64,000 nt of DNA, taken from a virus. Numbering within the stretch: the first letter of the stretch is position 1; each line of letters opens with the position of its first letter. This document shows positions 17,403-26,200 of the stretch, piece by piece. Made by a program: the position numbers and the translations under genes. The notes under the pieces are model-generated. The model ran no database searches. It was not told the DNA's origin and saw only the letters and a list, made by a program, of their open reading frames with translations. The stretch lies in the IMG/VR virus record IMGVR_UViG_3300023084_000003. One strand, written 5' to 3'.

Positions 17403-19305
17403 ACTCTAGTTCCTTTGTTTGAGTAGGCTGAGAAAATGCCCTTACAAAGAGTTCGTTAAGAAGAATGATTTCATTATCGTCTTGTGTGAGTTCCATGATG
17501 CATTCTAATCTAGATTTGTTGCCAATAATTCTTTTCAATCCACGAGGTGGAGTGTCTGGATTCAAAATGTCTACAATATTTTCGTGCACCTCGTCAAAAC
17601 CAGGAATACAATCACGAATTACAGCGTAACACATTCTGCAAAACTCTGCTGGAGTAAGAACATCTTTAAATGTGTCATAATGCTTTTGCAAAAGAATATT
17701 ACCACAAACATTCATAAACCACATCTCATGAAATTCTTCGCGAGTAAATGAATAGCAAGATGCAATTGTTTTAAAGTAAGACTTTAGGCCACGATATAGA
17801 CCATATCTATTATCAGCCCCGCCTTCTTCAATAACATCGGTATAGCATTCCACAACTTCAATATCATACTTTTTTATATATTCAGGATCTGTAAGTTCAG
17901 AATCTGGTAGGAACATATAGTCATGTCTCCATGAACCGTATGATTTAAAGTTATAGTAAATCTCATACTCATTATAGAAGTCATCTATAGTAGATCCAGG
18001 CATTCCTAGAATTAATTCTACGGGTGGCTTTGGATAACCTTCAACGTTGCAACGCTGATTAATATGGCGCGCGAGTGCTAACTTATCTTCTAAATTTAGA
18101 TCAACTCTATTTACTACATCCATAGCTTCTTTACTAATACTTTGGATACTTACTGTTGGAACTACTGAGATATAAAGAGCTTCGCCTTCTGCTGCTTGCT
18201 TTCTTCTAATATCATCTTCCCAGTCTTCTCCATCTTGCTCACCAAAATTATCAACCATTCCACGGCTCGTATTCTGTTCATTGAATACGTGAATTGTGGT
18301 ACCCATAGCCTGATTTTCTGCCGAGCCCATAAAGAACAATGCATGAGAACCTTGCTCAGGTACAAACACTTCTGAGTGCTTCTCTTCGCCTGTTCCTAAC
18401 GTGTCAAACCATGCATCAACAAGTTTCTTTCTTCTTGCAAGGTCTCTTGATTTAAAAGTTGAGATGTCGGTAAGATTAAATCCATTCTTAAAGGTCCAAT
18501 CAAAGATCTCGATGTCTCTTTCTAAGAATGCGCCGAAGTTTGCATCGGTAAGATAAGCATCTCGGAAGCCTGCGTCTTTCAAAGCCTCAACATCTCGCTT
18601 ATAAATGTCTAGATCTTTCTTATAGATCTTAGTACCAATACCTCCGCCCCATTCACAGAATGCACACTTAAATGGACAGCCACGAGTAGATTCTAATGCC
18701 ATGAATGGCTCAAGTACCTGAGTACGAGCCCACTCGCGCATTTCTTTAAGATAATCCATATGTTCTTCATAAACAGAATAATCTTGGTCTGCGATATTTA
18801 GAACACCTTTTTTATTTGAGCGCCATTCCCAAGTTACATCTTCATGTTTTGGCCATTGATTTAAATTATTAAAATATCCATCAAGCAGAGAGTTCATGAA
18901 TATTTCGCCGGGCTTGGTTACCTGACAAATATAATCATATAGTTCATATCTTAGATTCATTAGTTTTGGCTCGTTACGACCAATATGAGGTCCGCCGATT
19001 ACTGTAATAGCTTCTGGGTTTTGCTCTCTTACGAGCTTAGCAACCTCATCGCACATCTGATAGTTCCAAATATATGAACTAAAGCAGTATACGTCAAGAG
19101 GTTCTCCCTGCTCCATATCTTCTTTAATTTCTTGGAAAGATCGATACACGTCAAATTTGTATGTTGCAGGAACAAACTCTACTTTATCGGGATACATTCC
19201 CTCATGTTTATAATGACTTTCTAACATCATCCACGTCAAATTAGACGGCGTTTGCCAATCTGCATGAGGTGGTGACATGTAACCTAAACGTAATTTTTTA
19301 CTCAT
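17389..19305 (-). CDS. Cobalamin-binding radical SAM enzyme (class B-like)
   Basis: N-terminal B12-binding-type FSSYIWN...VIGGPH; ESTRGCPFKCAFCEW (CX3CX2C), LTDANFG, ELILGMPG. Confidence 0.88.
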   Translation of the reverse strand: MSKKLRLGYMSPPHADWQTPSNLTWMMLESHYKHEGMYPDKVEFVPATYKFDVYRSFQEIKEDMEQGEPLDVYCFSSYIWNYQMCDEVAKLVREQNPEAITVIGGPHIGRNEPKLMNLRYELYDYICQVTKPGEIFMNSLLDGYFNNLNQWPKHEDVTWEWRSNKKGVLNIADQDYSVYEEHMDYLKEMREWARTQVLEPFMALESTRGCPFKCAFCEWGGGIGTKIYKKDLDIYKRDVEALKDAGFRDAYLTDANFGAFLERDIEIFDWTFKNGFNLTDISTFKSRDLARRKKLVDAWFDTLGTGEEKHSEVFVPEQGSHALFFMGSAENQAMGTTIHVFNEQNTSRGMVDNFGEQDGEDWEDDIRRKQAAEGEALYISVVPTVSIQSISKEAMDVVNRVDLNLEDKLALARHINQRCNVEGYPKPPVELILGMPGSTIDDFYNEYEIYYNFKSYGSWRHDYMFLPDSELTDPEYIKKYDIEVVECYTDVIEEGGADNRYGLYRGLKSYFKTIASCYSFTREEFHEMWFMNVCGNILLQKHYDTFKDVLTPAEFCRMCYAVIRDCIPGFDEVHENIVDILNPDTPPRGLKRIIGNKSRLECIMELTQDDNEIILLNELFVRAFSQPTQTKELEYATA

Positions 19306-20411
19306 TTATCTCTCTTCGAATCCACATATCTAAATAGTTCTTTGTTTATACACTCGTCCATGTCCTGCTTCATGTTTCCAGCTTTAATTCCTGAGAAACA
19401 CATCATAGGACATCTTTGATAAAATTCGCATGCATGACAATTATATTTATCAAGGAAACTCGTTAAAGTATTATCAAGAAAATTATCTGGTCCGTTATGT
19501 TGGCGATAAGAAGGCGAGTTAAACTTCTTCAAATAATGAGAGCCAACACATCCTTCTGGAATAATCTTATTGTCCCAATCAATAGCAGCACCATTACCAC
19601 GAGAACATATCGTATGCATCTGATGGTCTTTTGGCTGCATAAAAGGTATAATATATTCTACTTTTGGGTATTTGTCAACCAATAATTTATAAAAAGCTAA
19701 AACTTCTGATTCTAAAGGTATCTCAACGTCGTTATGTTCTGTTCCTTTAATGTATTGATCCCAAGAATAATCAAATCTGCTATATAAGTAATCATAATAT
19801 TCGTCACCTGCTAGTAAAGCTTGAATATTTTGTTTTGTAATCACTGAGTTAATATTACGAATATAAGGTGCAAAGATCTCAATATTCTCTTTAAATATCT
19901 GTAAGTTCTTTTGATTAAATCTACCTTTTAAATCAAACGATACAACGAATGTCGTATCCTCACCCTGCTCATCCATGAACCGTTTAATTTCATCTCTGGT
20001 CTCAACCATACTAAAATTAGAGATCCAAATGAATTCTAGTACTTGATCTGTGAGATTTGTTTTTTCTCTCACTCCATTTGCAAGATCTCTATAGGCTTCT
20101 AGGAGATTAGAATCTTTTAGGATAGCGTCATTAAATGGTTCACCACCAATCATTCGAACAACAAATTCTGTAGCAAAACTATTTTGATTAATATATTCAG
20201 CAATAATATCTGCTTTAGATACTATAGACTCATAGTTCATACCTTTTTTACTATTATGATCTTGTGGGCAAAATGAACACGCAAAGTTGCAGTACTCAAA
20301 GAGTATTACAACAATCTCGCACGACTTATTTCTTTTTTCGAAAATTAGATTTGCAGCGGTGTCAGAGCCCCACTTATCACCAGTCTCGGTGACATCAATC
20401 ATATTAATCAT
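19302..20411 (-). CDS. Radical SAM/SPASM-domain enzyme
   Basis: FEYCNFACSFC, IGGEPF; ICSRG...GCVG and CHACEFYQRCPMMC (CX2CX5CX3C). Confidence 0.9.
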   Translation of the reverse strand: MINMIDVTETGDKWGSDTAANLIFEKRNKSCEIVVILFEYCNFACSFCPQDHNSKKGMNYESIVSKADIIAEYINQNSFATEFVVRMIGGEPFNDAILKDSNLLEAYRDLANGVREKTNLTDQVLEFIWISNFSMVETRDEIKRFMDEQGEDTTFVVSFDLKGRFNQKNLQIFKENIEIFAPYIRNINSVITKQNIQALLAGDEYYDYLYSRFDYSWDQYIKGTEHNDVEIPLESEVLAFYKLLVDKYPKVEYIIPFMQPKDHQMHTICSRGNGAAIDWDNKIIPEGCVGSHYLKKFNSPSYRQHNGPDNFLDNTLTSFLDKYNCHACEFYQRCPMMCFSGIKAGNMKQDMDECINKELFRYVDSKRDK

Positions 20412-20423
20412 TACAAACCTTTA

Positions 20424-21596
20424 TTACGTATGGCTGAATTTATTTAACTGAGTTGTATTTTCTGCAATTTTTAATTGATAAAGATACTCAATCCAAAATG
20501 TATTTATTTTTTCCTGCATATATTCATAGTGCCAAACTTTAGTAGTTCCCTGATAAGTAATATCATCTGCAATAATATCTTCCCAAGCTGTATCTCTTAT
20601 TTCTGTGTTAGATAAGTTTGTTCCATCTATTCTATTAAGCATTCCTTCAGCACCTTTAATAACATCCTGAAGCTCGACGTCGTTAGCATCGTCTGCGTTT
20701 GTATTATCTACAACCCATTGAAGCCATCCCAAGCCTACATCCCAATGCGCAACACGGTATTCCCAGTTTTCTACAAGGGCGTCGTAGGATCTGTCAAAAA
20801 GAAAATCCATATCAGAATTCGCAGCTCTAAGTGAAGTCATCCAGTTTGGATCGGTCCAGTTCAATGTTACGCCAGTCATAGAGCGAACTTTTTCTGTCAT
20901 AATATTATCTCTAATATATTCTCTTAGATCACTAACAATTCCAAAGCCAATTTTTGAATGTATTCTTTGACCTTTTATTGCAATGGGAGTTATTGTAATG
21001 TCACCACACAAATATGCTGCGAGCTGAATCTCAATACACAAACTGTCTCTTAAAGCGTCTCGAACAGACGTATAATAAGAAGCCTCAACAGTATCTGCCG
21101 TATTAAATGCATTATATGCGGTTGCGAATTCTGATTGAGTATACACTGCTTCTGCCATTGCGTCAGCAACTCTAATAGCAGAAAAAGATCTGCTTGACAT
21201 ATTATCAACTTCTACAAGTTTTTCTCTTTGTCTTGTTATATTATAGAGTATAAAAGCAGCGTCAACATCTATATTTGGCATTGCTACTTTAAGCCAAGCA
21301 AAGAACAATTTATGATATGATTCAGCGTCTGCATATATTCTTCCAGACCAATCATTATCATATAAAGATTTAATAAAGTGAGCATATGATTCGTGCTGGC
21401 CCTCATCGCTTCCAATAATATCATCTATTGAAGCTGTCCAATGAAGTATTTCAGTTCCATAGCCAGGACTTGCAAGAGTACTCATATTAGTATATTGATG
21501 CTGATTTCTTTCAACAGAAAATACAGCTCTATCCTGAGAGTTATCATAAGCCCAGTCTGGAGAAACATATACTTTATCAAATAGGTTAAACGACAT
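20424..21596 (-). CDS. Hypothetical protein in the radical SAM cluster
   Basis: 390 aa ORF overlapping the upstream gene by 11 nt; no motif recognised. Confidence 0.7.
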   Translation of the reverse strand: MSFNLFDKVYVSPDWAYDNSQDRAVFSVERNQHQYTNMSTLASPGYGTEILHWTASIDDIIGSDEGQHESYAHFIKSLYDNDWSGRIYADAESYHKLFFAWLKVAMPNIDVDAAFILYNITRQREKLVEVDNMSSRSFSAIRVADAMAEAVYTQSEFATAYNAFNTADTVEASYYTSVRDALRDSLCIEIQLAAYLCGDITITPIAIKGQRIHSKIGFGIVSDLREYIRDNIMTEKVRSMTGVTLNWTDPNWMTSLRAANSDMDFLFDRSYDALVENWEYRVAHWDVGLGWLQWVVDNTNADDANDVELQDVIKGAEGMLNRIDGTNLSNTEIRDTAWEDIIADDITYQGTTKVWHYEYMQEKINTFWIEYLYQLKIAENTTQLNKFSHT

Positions 21597-22683
21597 TCTT
21601 TTTTAATTCCTCTGGTATACATTCGTCCCATTTGCCAGCCGCAATTACTTTTGTTTGTACACAAAGAGTGTTTGCTTCTGTATCAAAGTACGAAAACATG
21701 TTTCTTCCTTTAAATCTATATTCATTAAATTGATTCGTGAAAATCTTTCCTTTTCTATCTCCAATAGATCCTATATAATATCCAATCCAAGGCAGAGCAT
21801 ACGTATTAACAAAGTTAATTCCTACATAGTCTGGATCATCTACCTCTTCAAATGTTTTTTCAACAAAATCGTTAAACTCAGGAATATTTAAACATTGAAA
21901 ATTAAAGATTGGAGATGAGTCTAACATCTCACACCATCTTTTTACAATATCTAAATTCTCTTCAATAAAATCTTCTGCATTATTTAGTCTTTCAAAGTAC
22001 ATGTAAGGTGCTAGTGGATCATCACAAAATTCATCAATTTCTTCTTGATCAACAGTAGGAATATTAGTTCCAAACTCATACATTGGTTTCAGCACTTTCA
22101 TATATTGACAACAAACCGCCAATGCTTCTCTTGCTAACTGCTCAATATCAACCAAAGCTGTTGTTGTGCTCATGTAAGCAGCAACTAATTCTTTTAAAGC
22201 ATCTCTATCATTATAAGTTTCTTCATCAAAATCTGCATCTAGATTCAAGTTACTTAGATAGATCATCAAAGCATTTGCGTCTAGTTTACCAGCTCTATAG
22301 TTAATCTTAAAAGCAGTATTCTCTTTATCCTGAAAGTACTCTTTTAAAACCTCCATAGGTAAAGGACAGCTTGTTTCAATAATCTTTTTTGGTTTTAAAG
22401 CCTGTTTTTTCTTAAGATCTTCTACACTTTCTTGTACATCGTCATTATAAGAGTTGTCTCGGATAACCGCTTGAATCTCTTTACTTACTTGCTCTTTAGA
22501 AGATTTTTTAGGTTTAATATCATCAGCGTTTTCTTCTACGAATTTAAGCACTTCTTCCTTTGTAATGCCTACATTTTTTAAAGCATTCCAAGAAGTAATA
22601 GAAAGATCTTGGTTTCTTTCCCATTCAGATTTTAGAGTTTCAAGTTTTAATCCGGCTTTTTCAATTTTTTCTACAAGATTCAT
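21586..22683 (-). CDS. Hypothetical protein directly downstream of the Cys/His-repeat gene
   Basis: 365 aa; charged helical N-terminus, then ETSCPLPMEVLKEYF...INY...L....MIYLSNLNL; GGA RBS. Confidence 0.7.
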   Translation of the reverse strand: MNLVEKIEKAGLKLETLKSEWERNQDLSITSWNALKNVGITKEEVLKFVEENADDIKPKKSSKEQVSKEIQAVIRDNSYNDDVQESVEDLKKKQALKPKKIIETSCPLPMEVLKEYFQDKENTAFKINYRAGKLDANALMIYLSNLNLDADFDEETYNDRDALKELVAAYMSTTTALVDIEQLAREALAVCCQYMKVLKPMYEFGTNIPTVDQEEIDEFCDDPLAPYMYFERLNNAEDFIEENLDIVKRWCEMLDSSPIFNFQCLNIPEFNDFVEKTFEEVDDPDYVGINFVNTYALPWIGYYIGSIGDRKGKIFTNQFNEYRFKGRNMFSYFDTEANTLCVQTKVIAAGKWDECIPEELKKNVV

Positions 22684-22695
22684 TATATAAATTCC

Positions 22696-23271
22696 TTATC
22701 TTCTTCCTCTAGAACTGTGACAACTTGTATGACAGCTATTGTGACAATACGTAATATCAAAGTCTGCTCTATTATCTTTTAATGTATCCCATGCATTAAA
22801 TAAATTAGTGCAAAGGTTATTAAAATCAGCAGCGTGCGCAACTTCATCTTCTGTAACACCACCACTGTTAACTAATGTCATAGTTTGTCTTTGCCCAGTA
22901 TCACGGACAGTAATACCGTCAGCAGATCCTCTCTCTGTCACTGTGCCACCATCATTCTGGCGAAGCCATCTCACCTTACACTGGCGTATGTTAGTGAGGT
23001 TTCCAGTTGCCGCAGTAAGATGTAAATAAACCTTCACCGCTTCAATAGTCGTACCATCATCACCAATTCCAGTGACTGTTACATCAGAGCTTGGATTATC
23101 TGCAGCATAATTAGCGTCTGGAGCTACCTGCCCATCATCTACGCCTGTAGTCGGTGTGTGTTTTGCTGTAGAATGATACACGATTGTATTGTGGGCTGGA
23201 GTTTCCACCGCATCAATAAATGCCTGTCTCGCTGCTGAATTTTCTATTAAATCGCCTGCTGTTACCGCCAT
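22696..23271 (-). CDS. Putative fibre-tip protein and radical SAM substrate with C-terminal CHxS repeat
   Basis: 191 aa ending YCHNSCHTSCHSSRGRR (22699-22749); start overlaps the stop of the 3369-aa fibre (TAATG). Confidence 0.7.
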   Translation of the reverse strand: MAVTAGDLIENSAARQAFIDAVETPAHNTIVYHSTAKHTPTTGVDDGQVAPDANYAADNPSSDVTVTGIGDDGTTIEAVKVYLHLTAATGNLTNIRQCKVRWLRQNDGGTVTERGSADGITVRDTGQRQTMTLVNSGGVTEDEVAHAADFNNLCTNLFNAWDTLKDNRADFDITYCHNSCHTSCHSSRGRR

Positions 23272-26200
23272 TAGACTTTCACCTCCACTATTCCATTTTC
23301 ACTATTGCTCAATGCGATACCAATGATTTCATGACTATTTATACCGGGCGTGCCGTATGGAACTCCCTTACACTTACCAACAGCTTCTGGATCTGGAATC
23401 AACCACATACCTTTTTTAACATCACCAGATACGAATGCTGGAATACGACCTTTTAGAGCAATAAATGGATTCATTTTAGCTTTTTTAGATTTGTCATTTT
23501 CAATGCCCATATCGTTCATTCTAACGCCAGGTTCTGTAGATATAACACCAACCATTGGTAAACCTTCGCGCCATACTGTAATTTCAGCATCACCATCTAG
23601 ATCAATACCCATTAGAGTGCCTGGCTCATAGATATCATCTGCAGAATATCTTTCCGCAAGGTCAGCCCAGCGAGCGCTTGTTGCAGTACCATTATAAACA
23701 CCATCATTATCAACGTGAGCTTTATCACTTCCATCTCTACGGAACTGACAAATACGGTTTGAGTTACCACCGCCAACAATATAGAAACGATCTGAGTGAT
23801 ATTCAATCTTACCTCTATCGTTACCTGGATCTCCTGTCCATTGAACGTCAGGTTCGTTGAAACGCATGCCTGGAGAATATCCATCTCTGTGAGTCATGCG
23901 GAACATCCATTCTCCGCCTGAGTTTAAGAAACCTTGCCACAACGAATCACTAGAACTATCACCTTCACCATGAATCCAGAAACGACTTCTACCGTCAAAT
24001 GTAGCCAAACCACGAAGGTTCATTGCGCTGTCATTATTGTTACCAGTCATTCTCCATTCTTGGGAATTCGTAGCATAGAAGTCTGTACCATTAGCGTCAT
24101 TGCGCAAGCCGCGGCCGTCACTATCGTTCCGATACCAACCGTCGTTATCAATATTACCTCTAATATCAAGGCTGTTCATGCGTGATGTGCCGGCTGGGTT
24201 CGTATAATAGAAAGTGTTGTTTCTATCATAGAAAATCGGTGCACGCATCGAAGTGTAGGATTGGCTGTTCCCGCTGTTATCTACATAGAAACGTGTAGAT
24301 TGGGCGTCTTCGTCCCAAACCACAAACACGTTTTCATCTGCAGCACCACCAACCATAACGCCGTCATCGGTAATTTTAATAAAACCAACATCAGAACTAT
24401 ATCCAGTTTGAAGAATAAGACCATATCCATCTAGGCCGTAGTTGTAAACTGTTGAGTTTGTGTTTGGAGTTCCTCGTGTAGTTCTGTCACCGTAGAAAAT
24501 ATAACCTTCGTAAGTGTAACTCCCGCCAGTATCAACAAACGATATTTTTCCATTTAATGATAATTCATTTAGCTTTGTAGTACTTGCTGGATCTGCATAG
24601 TAGCCTGAATCATTTCTATCATAGTAAATGTCGCCGTAGACAGAGCCACGAAGATATGAAGTACCATTGATATCGAGAGTATAAGCAGGACCAGATGTCG
24701 TAGATCCACCAAAGCCAGAGCTTATTCTTCTTGCTACTGTAAGATCACCGTTTGTTGTAAGTGACATAGCACCTTGAGCTGTAGTATGACCCGTGTCACC
24801 CCACCAGAAACCACGATCATCCTCATCATTGAACTGGAATGTCATAGCCCAGTCATTCAGAGCACCAAACGTAACATCTGATTGCATACCAATGGCATAA
24901 GATGAGCTACTATAAACACGAATTTTATCACGAGTAGAGTTTGCAGGACCAACAAGCCTGTCGAAATCCATTGTGGAAATATTTGAATTTCCGTTCGGAT
25001 TTATATAGTAATTAGTGTCGTTACTATCATAGAAGATAGGTGCACGGTAGTCACTAGAAGCTTGTCCAGTACCTCTAATATAAGAACCGATTTGTTCCCA
25101 ACCATTAACAGAACCAGCTTCACAAGTACGCATCCATGCTGAGCCAACTGATCCCGTGTAGTTAGATCTTGGATATGCTACTTCTAACCAGTAATCAGAG
25201 CTACCATAGTTCAATCCGTATTCTTGTCCAAGAGATGTTCTTACACGATACCACTGACTTGAACCTGTGTTAGGCGCGTTTGTATTACCTTGTACATAAC
25301 TCCAACCCCAGTGATTAACTGCAGCATTAAAGTCAGTATATGTGTTGTGATTGTACCATTGACCAAACTGACCAACTGCAGAAACACCTTGTGTAGCAGA
25401 TCCTCCAGACCCAGTAACACTATTAAAGCGAAGAACATTTAATCTTGTAGTACCAGCAAAGTCGCCGTAATAGTTCGTATCATTTTTATCATAGTAGATA
25501 GGAATATATGCAGCCCCTGTTGCATAAACTCTACCATTAGAACCATCTAGACCAACTCTTGCATCACCATCTGCTGCAACGTATAGACCCCATCCACCAA
25601 GAACACTATTGATACCATCGTAATTGGCATTCGGGTGTGAATAACCAATACCGTACATATTTTCCAAGTTACCATCGGTTGGGTTGTAGTTCGAACCGAT
25701 TGTGTAAATTGGGTTTGTTTTGGTTGAGTTGGCGCCGATATTATTATATGAACCAACTAGGTGGCCTCGAGAGTGGCCTGGTCTATAGCGATAATCAACG
25801 TTAGTACCGTTCATTCTAGACGTAGAGTTACCATCAAAGAAGTAACTGGTATTACTCTGATCGTAGAATACAGTACCTCGTACATCGCCTTGAGCAGTAA
25901 TATTACCGAAGTAAGATCTCATGTTGTATGGACTACCGCCAGCAACTGAACCTAGCGTTCCACGGAAACCTTGACCTGAAAGAATTGTATTTGTAGAATC
26001 TGCTGGACTACCTGGCTCAACTTTTGTGCTGCCGTCATTAGTAGTAATACCATCCTGGCGAATCCATCTCCACCATAACTGCGAATCCCAAGTACAGCCA
26101 TTCATTCTCAACCATAGATATCTATTGTTGTCAATTCTAACTTCTGGAGTAATACTATCGTTTGGATAATTTGTCTGATGGCCGACTGACATTGTCGAGT

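Noticed and set aside
11090-20411. Interpreting the cluster as DNA base modification or queuosine/7-deazaguanine synthesis
   Set aside because: No QueC, QueD, FolE, DpdA, kinase or thymidylate synthase-like genes; the context is late structural and the enzymes carry SPASM-type motifs. Not fully excluded without assays.
22696-23271. Direct assignment as HxsA of the bacterial His-Xaa-Ser system
   Set aside because: H-x-S triplets are present but interleaved with Cys, and I cannot recognise HxsB/C/D orthologues without HMMs; kept only as an analogy.
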